Made by a program: the position numbers and the translations under genes. A DNA stretch of 64,000 nucleotides from NCBI GenBank assembly GCA_951406725.2, contig OX597827.1, forward strand, positions 64,728,001-64,792,000, in the 5' to 3' direction. Source of the DNA: Octopus vulgaris (lineage: Eukaryota). The notes beneath the pieces are model-generated. The model searched no databases. It saw only the letters and a list, made by a program, of their open reading frames with translations, and had not been told where the DNA came from. Shown one piece after another: positions 28,847-41,504 of this stretch (positions within the stretch are counted from its first letter, which is position 1; each line of letters starts with the position of its first letter).

Positions 28847-29467
28847 AATGGTGATGGTGGTGATTTTTAGTGGTAGCGGTGGTGATGATGGTGATGGTGA
28901 TGCTGAACGATGACACGAGTCGTAAAAGTGAATCTATGGTGGGTTGGAGCCGTGTATAGGGTGACTGTGATCATGACTATGATGATGATTATGATGACGG
29001 AGGTGATGATGAAATCGATGACGATGACTATGATGACGATAATAATAATTTGATGATGAGGAAGGTGCCGAAGAGAAATGTCATGAAAATGATGATGATG
29101 TTAAAAGTGATTGCTGAAGTCGATGAGAGTGACAATGATGAAGATGGTGGTGATGCTGATGAGGATGGTGATCATGATGATGATGAGGATGGTGGTGATG
29201 ATGACGAGGATGGTGGTGATAATGACGAAGGATACTGGTGATGATGAAGAGGATACTTGTGATGATGATAGATGTGATGATGATGAGGATGATGACGATG
29301 ATGGGAATTATGATGATGACAACAACGACGACGATAGCAACAGCGGTGATAATGATGGTGATGATGATGATGACGATGATGGAAATTATGATGATGACGA
29401 CGGCGAATACGATACAATAACGATGATGATGATAATGATGATACCAATGATAATGATAATAATGATA

Positions 29468-29513
<46 letters not shown>

Positions 29514-29613
29514 CGATGATGGAAATTATGATGATGACGACGACAACGACGATACAATAACGATGATGATGATGATGATGATGATGATACCGATGATAAG
29601 GATAATAATGATA

Positions 29614-29651
<38 letters not shown>

Positions 29652-29676
29652 AATGATGATGATAATGATGATGATA

Positions 29677-29708
<32 letters not shown>

Positions 29709-29720
29709 AAAATTGGTGAT
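28725..29720. repeat. ~1 kb (GAT)n/(GGT)n low-complexity tract with higher-order repeats
   Basis: GATGACGATGATGG(A/G)AATTATGATGATGAC recurs at ~29290, 29370, 29510. Confidence 0.95.
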
Positions 29721-29849
29721 AGAGAGATGCAGAAAGTGGTAGTGGTTTTAGTAAAAAAGAAAGGAAGAAAAACTACTTTCACGAGTCTTAGCGATTCATA
29801 AGGTCCGGTTTCCCAGTTTCAGTGGCCTATATATATCCCTTGGATCCCA

Positions 29850-30081
29850 CTACTTATTCCCTTAAGTCATATACTCATTCTATCGGTCACTTATGCCGAA
29901 CTGCTAAGCTACGGATACATAGGTAAACAACCGCGGTTGTCAAGCGGAGGCGAAGTTCAAACATGCACAAAGACGTACACACACTCACACACACACGTAT
30001 GTATACATATATAGGCACATACATGTATATATGTATATGTATATGTATATATGTATATATATATGTACATATATATATGCA

Positions 30082-30164
<83 letters not shown>

Positions 30165-30360
30165 ATATATATATATATATATATAAAGTATGTATGTATA
30201 CTACGGGATTCCGTCAGTTTCTGCCTACCAAATTCACTCACAAGGATTTGGTCTGCCCAGGGCTATAATACAAGACACTTCCACAGATTACCATTGAAGT
30301 GGAACTGAACCCGAAACGATTTGGTTAGGATGGAAACTACTTACTACACAACCACGCCTG
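29850..30360 (-). mobile_element. SINE family A, old, with expanded internal (TATC)n
   Basis: Body 29850-29970 and head 30200-30360 are separated by TA/TATC tracts. Confidence 0.78.
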
Positions 30361-30783
30361 TTGGTAATGATATCGAAAGAAAACATTAAAAATAAAAAAA
30401 CTATGGAGAAAATATCTTTTTTTATTTGGATAGTTTATAAAACAAAATAATTTTTCAGTTTTTCTTCTTATAATTTTCAATTTTAACGCAAAAAAGCAAT
30501 CGTCCAGAATCTTCAGCAGAGTAATTCACTCGTAACATTAAACTTGATTAGGGTGATTATGGACTGGCAAAATATCATTATCTACAAATCGATATTATCA
30601 ATCTGAATTTAAAGGCAAAAACTACTCCTCTCCATCTCAACCCGTATCGCTGTGTCTTTTTCTCTATAAGTCATCGACGCTTACCTATATTATATAAATA
30701 TATAAAGGTCTACTTTCTCAAATTTATAATATATTTATTACATATATGCATGCAGTCATTTATATATATATATACATATATAC

Positions 30784-30832
<49 letters not shown>

Positions 30833-30911
30833 ATATTCTCAATTTTATAATATAATTATACGTATATTTATGTGTGTATACCCACATATATATATGCGTG
30901 CAGTCATTTAT

Positions 30912-30977
<66 letters not shown>

Positions 30978-31438
30978 ATGTGAGTGTGTATGCATGCATG
31001 TATGTATTTAATGTATTTATATATGTATACCTATATATACAAATATACGTATATCAAGACAAATTAATGTGTATGCGCTTGTATATATATTTCTATCTAT
31101 CTATCTATATGCATACATACATACACACATACGTGATTTATATAGATTTGTTTTCGGCGGGAAATGGATGGATGGTGGGAAAATAAAAGGAAATTAGTTT
31201 GGGTTAATCATTTGTTGAAAATATTAAATAGACAAAGTATAAAATAGAGATGTGTTAAGATTTACACAAGATTACTGAAGTCGATAAGGCTTTTGGCCTT
31301 TTCATCATTAGTTTTCATGTAAAATATAAATCTACTTGCCAAGGATTTGCCAACACTGTTAAAGCTTATATCAAATTTCATAACTCGAAATATATATAAT
31401 ATCTATTTGCTTGAAATAACTTGTACATTTGCCAGAAC

Positions 31439-31493
<55 letters not shown>

Positions 31494-31748
31494 TCTCTCT
31501 ATCTCTCTCTCCTTTTCTCTGTATATATATATGTATGTATATATAGAATACAAATGAACAAAAGCACGTCCAAGTGATTATGATGTGCGCCTCACAAACC
31601 CAAAATGTTACCGGTTCGACTCCATTGCTCGGCGTCTTAGACAATCTTTTATAGTAATAATAGTCTTGGAGTTGAAGTAAATTTGGCAGAGAAAAAGACA
31701 GCACAAACCCGGCAGAAATACATGCGTATACATTAGTTTGCATGTATG

Positions 31749-31794
<46 letters not shown>

Positions 31795-31840
31795 GTAATA
31801 ATTAGGGTTCAGCAAAGATTTGCTTTACCACATACCGAAG

Positions 31841-31877
<37 letters not shown>

Positions 31878-32261
31878 CTTTTTTAATTGAGGAAAGGAGT
31901 TGTTAAATCAGTGTTGCATAAGATTCGGTGATCGACTGGGTTTTAGCTATACACTGAATAGGCACACACACACACAAGCACACCAAATCAAAGCACACAC
32001 ATACACACCCATGCATACATATGTATATCATTGCTATTATGCAAAGGTGTCGTTAGTCCAACATGCTGCTTTTTCAGAAAACGAAAAAATATAGTTTCAC
32101 CATTCCATAGCAAAACCGTTGTGCGACACTGACAATTTTTGATACCTTGGCATCTAATGAAGCTGGAGATACGATAATTTGGCCAAAAGAATAGTGTATT
32201 TTAGGCAAAGATAAATTTGACAAAAACACATTTGGTCAAACGATAGTTTAGCATAATATCA

Positions 32262-32321
<60 letters not shown>

Positions 32322-32600
32322 AATACAAAGGGGTTTGTATGATTGTGTATAGAGGGATATATATTATTCAAAGGAATTCCAACTCTTTTTTTAATGTTTT
32401 ATTTATATTCTTTATAATATTAATGTAGAATATAGAATATATAGTATAAATAGTATATATAGTAAAATGAAATGAAGTATTGATTGTCTTATTGAATAGA
32501 TGAAATATTGAATATAACATATTAAGGGACGAGTATACTTTCTTGCATTTAAGCAGTCTTCAAGTCCCAGGTTGTGACAGGAGTGTTTCAACTGGCATAC

Positions 32601-33102
32601 ATTCGCTAAGCAGATGATACAACCCTGCTGGCAGAAAATAATAAGCATCTTATTCTGCTAGTCAAGAATGAGAGTGAGAAATTTGGGCTGTACCTCAATG
32701 TCAAGAAAACGAAGATCATGTCAACAGCAGCCACAACAAACATCAGCATCAAGATCGATAATGAAGAGATCGAAGTGGTTGATCATTTCATCTTCCTTGG
32801 CTCCAAAATAAATCGAGATGGTAACTGCACTCCAGAAATAAGGCGGCGGATAGTACTAGGCAGAAAGGCAATAGTCAGCATGAGCAAAGTCTGGAAGAGT
32901 AGAGACATCAGCCTCGCTACCAAATGCAGATTGGTGAATGCAATCGTCTTCCCAATAGCAACATATGGATGCGAGACCTGGACACTAAAGAAAGCTGACC
33001 AGAAGAGAATGTTTTCGAGCTTTGGTGTTGGAGAATACTTTTACGGATTCCATGGACAGCGAGGCTCACCAATGGAGAAGCTCTTAACGAGATCAAGCCA
33101 AA
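32601..33102 (+). pseudogene. RTE-clade LINE reverse transcriptase fragment
   Basis: IR*ADDTTLLAE (YADD with stop), GLYLNVKKTKIM, EVVDHFIFLGSKI, EIRRRI, TKCRLVNAIVFPIATYGCETWTL, then frameshifted FELWCWRILLRIPWTARLTN. Confidence 0.93.
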
Positions 33103-33104
33103 AC

Positions 33105-33305
33105 TATGTATGTGTGTGTATATGTTTGTACCTCCCCCAACATCGCTTGACAACCGATGCTGGTGTGTTTACCTCCCCGTAACTTTGCGTTTCAGCAAAA
33201 GAGACCAATAGAATAAGTACTAGGCTTACAAAAAATAAGTCCTGGGGTCGATTTGCTCGACCAGCTTGGTCACAGCAAATGACTGAAACAAATAAAAGAG
33301 TAAGA
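33105..33305 (+). mobile_element. SINE family A 3' half
   Basis: CATCGCTTGACAACCGATGCTGG...GACTGAAACAAATAAAAGAG. Confidence 0.85.
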
Positions 33306-33409
33306 GTTACTGATGTTACGTGGATCTTCACAAAATATTGCAGTTATACATGGATTCAGACTTTTACATCGATTCTAAACCATTTTTCATGGCATTACAT
33401 TTCCACTTT

Positions 33410-33748
33410 GTGAAGGCGCATGGCTCAGTGGTTAGATTGTCTGGCTTACAATCATGAGGTAGTGAGTTCGATTCCCTGATTACGCAGTGTGATATGTTCT
33501 TGAGCAAGACGCTTTAGTTCACGTTACTCCAGTTTACTCAGCTGTAGAAATGAGTTGCGACGTCACTGGTGCCTGGCTGTATCAGCCCTTTGCCTTTCCC
33601 TTAGATAACGTCGGTGCCGTGGAGAGGGAAGGCTGGTATCTATGGGTTACTGCTGGTCTTCCATAAACAATCTCGCTCGGACTTGTGTCCCAGAGATGAA
33701 ATTTCTATGTGCAATGCTATGGTAAATCATGACCGAAAGGGGTCTTCA
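33410..33748 (+). mobile_element. SINE family D (tRNA head, CORE-like middle)
   Basis: TGGCTCAGTGGTTAG A box, GAGTTCGATTCCC B box, TTCTTGAGCAAGAC...CTCAGCTGTAGAAATGAG; second copy at 54405-54753. Confidence 0.88.
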
Positions 33749-34239
33749 CACTTTTACGTTTTCAAATCTACGTCTGTGTTTTTCAACACTCGGAAAACGC
33801 ATGTCAGTAATTACCAATAATCATGTCTTATAGCACATTTACAATATTCAGCAAATTATGTATGTCGGAAATTTAGATTCTAATTATATAAATTGTAATT
33901 ATAACCACGTGTTCTCCCTTCTTTTTAGAAAACGAATACAAGGTATCTTAAATATGCTCTTAAATCAATAATATGCAATGTAAAAGTAAATAAGCTATCA
34001 TTAAATGCCAATTAATAACTGAATAATTAAAACCAATAGTAGTTGTAATATTCAACTTTTGAAACTAATCCCAAGATATGGTTCAACCTACTCAGAAAAT
34101 AATAATGGAAGAAACAAAAGGAACGGGCAAATATTTATTAAAATGAAGAGCTCGGCCATGAAATGAAATGAGATGTAATAATGCTATATATAAAATATAT
34201 ATATGTAGCTATATAAAGTGAAAAGCAAGATCTGCATCG

Positions 34240-34298
<59 letters not shown>

Positions 34299-34619
34299 GA
34301 CTCCGCCGGTTACGACGACGAGGGTCCCAGCTGATACGATCAACGGAACAGCTTGCTCGTGAAATTAACGTGCAAATGGCTGAGCATTCCACAGACACGT
34401 GTACCCATAACGTAGTTATCGGGGATAATCAGCGTGACACAGAGAGTGACAAGGCTGACCCTTTGAAATACAAGTACAACTCATTTTTGCCAGCTGAGTG
34501 GACTGGAGCAACGTGAAATAAAGTGTCTTGCTCAAGGACACAACGCGTCGCCGGGAATCGAACTCACAACCTTACGATCATGAGCCGAATGCCCTAACCA
34601 CTAAGCCACGCGCCCTCAC
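34299..34619 (-). mobile_element. SINE with D-type head and C-type tail
   Basis: Head matches 33410ff; 3' part (GTATTTCAAAGGG...CGTCGTCGTAACCG) matches 41335-41500. Confidence 0.88.
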
Positions 34620-34848
34620 TATATATATATATATATACAAGCACACCTACACATATGTCTATCTCTTCATCCTTTATCAATCTATCTATCTGTTTATCTT
34701 TAAGTATGTGTATATGTGCATTTTGGGGCGAAAACTGATGTTATTTAGCTCCCAGGAGACATCGTCTCCAGTTAGCTATACGAAACACGATCTGTCTGTA
34801 TATTTTCGTACAGGGAAGGTTAGCACCCCAATCCAGTACAAAGCAATA

Positions 34849-34895
34849 TCTGTGGACCGTACGGATTCGAGATTATTTCCCTTCGTCGGCAAAGA
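34849..34895 (-). ncRNA. Degenerate type I hammerhead copy
   Basis: Minus: tctttg CCGACGA agggaaataatctc GAAT ccgtacgg TC cacaga; homologous to 35364-35410, with core substitutions. Confidence 0.6.
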
Positions 34896-35363
34896 ATAAC
34901 TGCTAAATACCCGTTCGAAAATATATATAATTTTTAAGTGACTCACAGTCTCTGATTTAATAAAATAGAAACATTGCTGTTCCTAAATCTCTCAAGGAGA
35001 GATATTGAGTAGCAGCACTTTAAAGTAACGATGTTTTGCGAACCTTATTTGGCAGTTCCATTTTGGGGCGAATGCTATCGTAGTTTAGCTCCAGCTGGCT
35101 ATACGACACACGATCTGTGTCCTTATATTTTCAATCAGGACTAGTTATCACCACTCGCTCAGCACAAAACAGTATAAACGTTGCTGTTCCTAAATCTCTC
35201 AACGAGAGATATTCAGTAGCAACACTTTAAAGTAACGATTTTTTGCCAACCTAACATGGCAGTCCCATTTTGCGGCGGATACTGTTGTCTCTATTTTATT
35301 AGATCAGTAACTGCGAGTCACTAAGAAAATTATATATATTTTCGAACGGGCGTTTAGAGTTAT

Positions 35364-35410
35364 TCTGTGCTGATGAAGAGAAATAGCCCTGAAACTGTAC
35401 GGTCCACAGA
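35364..35410 (+). ncRNA. Type I hammerhead ribozyme motif, canonical core
   Basis: tctgtg CTGATGA agag-aaatag-ccct GAAA ctgtacgg TC cacaga. 6-bp stem I, near-palindromic stem III, GUC site after 35404; one mismatch in stem II. Confidence 0.82.
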
Positions 35411-35598
35411 TACTGCTATGTAATAGGTGGGGGTGCTAACCTACCCTGTTCAAAAATAAAAGGACAGATATCGTGTATCGTATAGCCAGCTGGGGACGAT
35501 GTCTCTTGGGGCTAAACAACTGTAGCATTCGCTTCAAAATTGGACTGCCACATTAGGTATGCAAAATATCGTTACTTTATATATATATATATATACAT

Positions 35599-36099
35599 AA
35601 GTAATGTTCGTAGCCTCTTCAAAATGGCTGTCCGTTCGAACGGACTTAACTGCGATTTTTAACCCCAAGAGGATATATCCTCTTGATGGTTAACGATGCA
35701 TAGCTGCATCCGAGATATTGCGAGCAGGGGACCGAACTCCTACCACCTGCTAGTAACGTTGGAAAATCAGCGACTGTAGGTCGCTTGAAACTGTATGTAT
35801 TGCAAACAGAAACGAGCTACAGCTATCTCTAGCGGAAGAGGTGTCCAGGACTGAAGAGAGGCAGAAATAGCCTGAAACTAGACTGGTATGCTGGTCCCGT
35901 CGCTAGAAGGTGGTAGGGGTTCGCTCCCCTGCTCGTAATATCTTGGATGCAACTGTACAACTGTACATCGTTAACCATCGAGTGGTGATGCTCTCTTGGG
36001 GTTAAAATATCGCTGTAAAATCCGTTCGGACGGTCAACCATGTTGAAGAGAACACGAACCGATCGGACAACCATGTCGAAGAAGGTACGAGCATTACTT
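35599..36099. mobile_element. Diverged inverted-repeat element with hammerhead in spacer
   Basis: 35599-35758 is the diverged reverse complement of 35898-36099. Confidence 0.85.
35845..35894 (+). ncRNA. Type I hammerhead-like motif
   Basis: ccagga CTGAAGA g-aggc-agaaata-gcct GAAA ctag-a-ctgg TA tgctgg. GUA site after 35888; one mismatch in stem I. Confidence 0.72.
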
Positions 36100-36156
36100 G
36101 TTAGTACTATTACTGCGTTGATTACTAAGAGAGATTTCAGAAGCACACACACACAC

Positions 36157-36221
<65 letters not shown>

Positions 36222-36697
36222 CACACACTCATTCTTCGTGTACGAGGAATGTATGAGTGGGTAAGGATCCTTGTTCATTTTGCGTATGCTAATATAATTA
36301 AGCTTTTATTTTCTTTCTCTTGACTCTAACCTCATTGTGTTTTTATTTAGTGTTTAGGTCTTCGAGTTTCAATAATTAATATACGTAGTAACGGCTAATT
36401 AGATTATCTGACTCACCTTTCCCTATTAGTGTGCTTCGATGTGGGATGAAGAAAAGTGCACATCACACTAGACGTCTGTGCTGTACAAGTTTGTGAATGT
36501 ATGTATGTGTGCGCTCGTCCGTCCGTGTGTATGTATGCGTGTGTGTGTGCGTGTGCGTGAGAATGTGTGTCTGTATACGTCCGCAAGCGTGTGTGTATGT
36601 GTGTGTATGGTGGGAGGTTCGAGCATAAATTTTTGTCGATGTAGCGTGCTGTATATGTACGTATGATGTTCGGCGTAGGAGAATTCTGTGTGGGGGC

Positions 36698-36733
36698 TAT
36701 GTATGTATGTATGTATGTATGTATGTATGTATG

Positions 36734-36767
<34 letters not shown>

Positions 36768-37300
36768 TGTATGATTGTATGTATGTATGTATGAATGTAT
36801 GAATGTATGTATGCATGTATGTATGTGTGTATGATTGTATGTATGTATGTGTATATGTATGTGTGTATGTATGCATGTATGTATGATTGCATGTACGTAA
36901 GTATGTATGATTGTATGTATGTATGTGTGTATATATGTGTGTATGTATGCATGTATCTATGATTGTATGCATGTATGTAAGATTTTATGTATGTATGCAT
37001 GTATGTATGTATGCATGTATGATTGTATGTATGTATGCATGTATGATTGTATGTATGTATGTATGTATGATTGTATGTATATATGATTGTATGTATGTAT
37101 GTATGATTGTATGTATGTATGTATGATTGTATGATTGTATGTATGTATATATGTATGTATGTATGATCACATGTATGTATGTATGTATAATTGTATGTAT
37201 GTATGATTGTACGTATGTATGATTGTATGTATGTATGTGTCTATGTATGTGTCTGTGCATGTGTGTGTGTATGTATGAATGTACCTACGTATGTATGTAT
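36698..37300. repeat. (TATG)n tract periodically interrupted by GATT/GCAT
   Basis: Recurrent ATGATTGTATGTATGT units. Confidence 0.95.
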
Positions 37301-37944
37301 GCGAATAAATAGGTGTGTATCACTGTGTGTACCTCCACCATTGCTTGACAACCGATATTGCTGTGTTTACATTCTCATAACATAGCGACTCGGCAAAAAG
37401 TCACTGATAGAATAAATATTAGGTTTACCCTCGGTTTCTTTCAAGAGAAACGATTTAGGTTTAAATACATGTAGGGTTATAGTTTCGGTGGTAACAATGG
37501 CGGTTTGAAGGAAAGAAAGCCACGAACCAACAAGGAACGCCACTATGAGGAACACAGTTGGTAATAGTTGAAGGAAACCAAGAGCAAAGCACGAGCTAAT
37601 GAGAAAATGTCTTTGTGGTTACTCAACTTGTATAAAATAGCACCCGAATCATTTTGAAATCACAGCCACCGTTCTATAAAAGAACTAAAGGACTCAATAG
37701 ATAATGCAGTCTCTTATATAAAGGGATGAGATGGTCACAAATGGAATATGTTCGATCATAGTTTTATTCAGCTGTGACTGAACAACAAAAAACGACAAGA
37801 ACAAGAACAAGAACAACAAGAACAAGAACAAGAAGAAGAACAACCACCACCACCACCACCACCAAAACAACAACAGCAACAACAATGATAATAATAATAA
37901 TAATAATAATAATTATAATAATAGTAATAATAATAATAATAAGT

Positions 37945-38330
37945 ATGAGTATTCCTTGCGATTACAATATAGCGGCGAAAGAATTTGACAAGATCAGTAA
38001 ATATAAAGACTTGCCAATAGAAATTGAAAAAATGTGGCATCTCAAGGCGACTACAGTACCAGTGATTGTAGAAGCCCAAGGAATGATAAAAAAAAGTTAC
38101 TGAAACCTATTTGAAATGATACCAGGCTTACCATCGTGTTAACTGGAACGACTCATGTACTGAGAAGAGCATCCATTCATGAATTTATTTATTTATTTAT
38201 TAAATTCCCTTTTTTTACCTGTGAATTTGTGTGTGCAATCTGGGAATGCATACAATGAGCTTCTTTGCCCTAGGTGTACGGAAAAACACTCAGCGAGAAA
38301 TGGAAGAAAATTTGAAGAAAGAAAAAACAA
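37945..38330 (+). mobile_element. 5'-truncated R4/Dong-like non-LTR retrotransposon (RLE C-terminus plus 3'UTR) inside (TAA)n
   Basis: SIPCDYNIAAKEFDKISKYKDLPIEIEKMWHLKATTVPVIVEAQGMI ... LTGTTHVLRRA; (ATA)n at 37888-37942 and 38345-38400. Confidence 0.82.
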
Positions 38331-38343
38331 CAACAACAATGAC

Positions 38344-38402
<59 letters not shown>

Positions 38403-39145
38403 GAAGAAGAAGAAGAAGAAGAAGAAGGCCAACAGCAGTTGCAGAAACGTCGGTAACTCTAATATGAAGCAACGAAATTCAGAAAAGCAGTAGAAGAGAA
38501 ACCAAATACGATTTTTTTCAAAACAAGAAACACATTTTTAAAAGTTCTCCAGTCTTTCTAACGGGTCAAATCTATAGCCTGTTTAACCTGCCATTTTAGT
38601 CATTCCCAGAAAGCGTAATCTCCCTTTATTCCCTATGTTTCTCTCATTCACAAAATATAAAAAGTCAAGCGAAATTTTCTATGTTGCTCTTACATCTTTG
38701 CTCCCACCTCCGTCCACGTTCACCTCGTTGGAGGAAGCATATTATCAATGATATTCTACCACGGAGCAATTCATACTTTTTAAATGCAAGACTATATTAA
38801 CTAATAAACTTTCTACCTTTTTACTAGTTTGTTTTTTCTGATGTGTTTCACAACCATCGGTTCGTGAGATGGTTGTGATCTGTAAACAGGTTCGAGTAGG
38901 TACAGGAAAGATAACTTTGAATACGCGATGCGCTTGTGCAAACTGGATTCGTAAAGCGGAAGAGAAAAATTAAAATGCAATGCGCATGTCAAAATAAAAC
39001 GGAAGAAGAATGAAACACGTTATGATATTCTCTGCGTGTCACGTCTGAGACGACTATCACACAGCTTTGTTGCAATTTTCTTTTTTCAAATTGTAAAAGT
39101 ACACCCTGTATTATGCAATTTCTTCTGCTGTGTTATGCGCGTGTT

Positions 39146-39214
39146 CCCCAGGTCCGTAGAAAAATTATCTCGCATGAAACAGGCCCGCTGTGCAAAGAAG
39201 GTTGGGGACCGCTG
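39146..39214 (+). mobile_element. hAT (Charlie/MER1-like) terminal sequence
   Basis: GGTCCGTAGAAAAATTATCT...GAAACAGGCCC...AAGGTTGGGGACCGCTG resembles Charlie-type right ends (from memory); no convincing partner TIR. Confidence 0.6.
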
Positions 39215-39829
39215 ATGTAAGAAATGGACAAATCTAAGGAGGTTGCAGTTCTAGAAAGTAATAAACGAACAAAGCGAGTTTGGTCGAAAAAGATAGATAG
39301 ATAGATAGATAGAAAGGAAGAGAGAGATATGAGGCCAGTAATAAAAAAAATGTCGAATGAGAGTGTCTAAGTGAGCTTATACACACGGTGTAGCAGAGCC
39401 TATTGTAGTAGTGACGTCATAGAGAAGAAACAACGCGTTTTGTGTTAAAGTGGCTGGAGCGTGCCGGCGAATGAGATTTTGACAATTAATCAGACATCTT
39501 GGCTCATTGTGAAATGTCGGTCCGTTTTCAATCTATATAAACTAAAACACTTGAAAACATATATATATAATATTAAAGAAAAACATGAATAACAACGTCA
39601 AGAACAATAAGCCAGTCTGATATATCATAAAATGTTTTGTTTCACAGCCAATTACTCCAGCAATCATACAGTTATTAGTCACACGAAAGTAAATCATGTA
39701 ATACAAGGCAAAAATGATTAATAAAAAACCAATCAAGAGATTTTAGTTGTAAAAATATTTTGTCTCAAATTCGAGTATCGAAGTATAAATAGAAGACATA
39801 GTCAGCTCTTAAACTCATTGTCTACTCAT

Positions 39830-39898
39830 ATGCATACTTACATGCATACATACATATATACTCGCATACATACATACATACATACCTACATACATACA

Positions 39899-39932
<34 letters not shown>

Positions 39933-40036
39933 CATACATACATACATACGTGCATACATGCATGCATGCATACATACATATATACTTGCATACATACATA
40001 CATACATACATATATACATACATGCATATATACTTG

Positions 40037-40068
<32 letters not shown>

Positions 40069-40188
40069 CTTGCATACATACATATATACAAACATACATG
40101 CATATATAGTTGCATGCATACATACAAACATTTATACATACATACATTCATACATAGATATATACATACACACATACATATATACATG

Positions 40189-40220
<32 letters not shown>

Positions 40221-40488
40221 CATACATATATACATGCATACATACGTATATACATGCATACATACAGACATACATACCATATATATGTATATAATTGTGT
40301 ATGTAAGTGTACACACACACGCACACATAAACACACACACACTCACACATACACGTACACATATATAATTATATATACTCATATACTATATGTATGTATG
40401 TCTCTTCTATCTTTTAATAATAATTAAAAAATTGGAGACGTACATTCATACATATACTATATGTGTATATATACATACATATACATAC

Positions 40489-40532
<44 letters not shown>

Positions 40533-40550
40533 ACGTATGTATGTATATAA
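39830..40550. repeat. (TACA)n/(TA)n compound microsatellite
   Basis: Directly visible. Confidence 0.95.
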
Positions 40551-41139
40551 CATAGTTTTAGACCTATGGTGCTACTTCTGAAATAATATATATATTTAAT
40601 ATTCTGTCTGTCTGTCCCTCTCCCCCACTTTTCTCCTTCTATAAATATATGGGTGGGTATGTGTACATGTTAACATATATTCGCGAAAAGAAATATTTGA
40701 AAAACCTATCAGCAAACTTGTAACACTTTGTATGATTAGACACAATCACCGATGCGATATGCCATCTTGTAAACTAACTCCAACACTAATATCACCGCTG
40801 CCGCCGCTACCAGCACCATCACCATCACTACCACCATCAACAACAACATCAACGCCCCCGCCATCACTACTCCCACTACCATCACCATCCAAAACCGTCT
40901 CCACTGGCACTGTCACAACGACAGCAATGACGACCTCGGCTACGAACGCAACCACTCCTATAGTCACTACCAAAGTTCGTTGGGGCACCTTCCAAAACGC
41001 CATAACATCAAGTGCCCACTCTTAGGCTCACACTATTTCTCAGCTTTTCTCAGTTTTATAACGACTTCTTATTAACTGGTTGAATGATCTAAGCTAACAC
41101 TCACTATATGACACATGTGATTTCCTTCTATAGTGTAGT

Positions 41140-41504
41140 GGAGGCGCAATGGCCCAGTGGTTAGGGCAGCGGACTCGCGGTCTAGAATCGAGGTTTCGTT
41201 TCACAGACCGGGCGCTGTGAGTGTTTATTGAGCGAAAACACCTAAAGCTTCACAAAGCTCCGACAGGGTGTGGTGGTGAACCCTGCTGTACTCTTTCACC
41301 CCAACCTTCTTTCATTCTATCTTTCTGTTTCTGTTGTACCTGTATTTCATTGGGACCAGCCTTGTCACATTCTGTGTCACGCTGAATCTCCCCGAGAACT
41401 ACGTTAAGGGTACACGTGTCGGTGGCGTGTTCAGCCACTTCCATGTTAATTTCATGATCGGATCACCTGGAACACTCGTCGTCGTAACCGACGGAGTGCC
41501 ACCA
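41140..41504 (+). mobile_element. SINE family C (tRNA-Arg-like head)
   Basis: GGCGCAATGGCCCAGTGGTTAGGGCAGCGGACTCGCGG...GGTTTCGTTTC; tail CGTCGTCGTAACCGACGGAGTG. Confidence 0.88.

Larger units (their letters stand above)
34721..35579. mobile_element. ~340-bp hammerhead-containing monomer in partial tandem plus an inverted copy (retrozyme / pLTR-like)
   Basis: TTTTG(G/C)GGCG recurs at 34721, 35061, ~35267. 35290-35579 is a diverged reverse complement of the monomer. Confidence 0.85.

Noticed and set aside
39412-39419. Palindromic CRE site TGACGTCA
   Set aside because: A single 8-mer is expected by chance in 64 kb; no promoter context.
41140-41215. tRNA-like sequences at SINE heads
   Set aside because: No acceptor stem closure; they continue into SINE bodies, so they are not tRNA genes.
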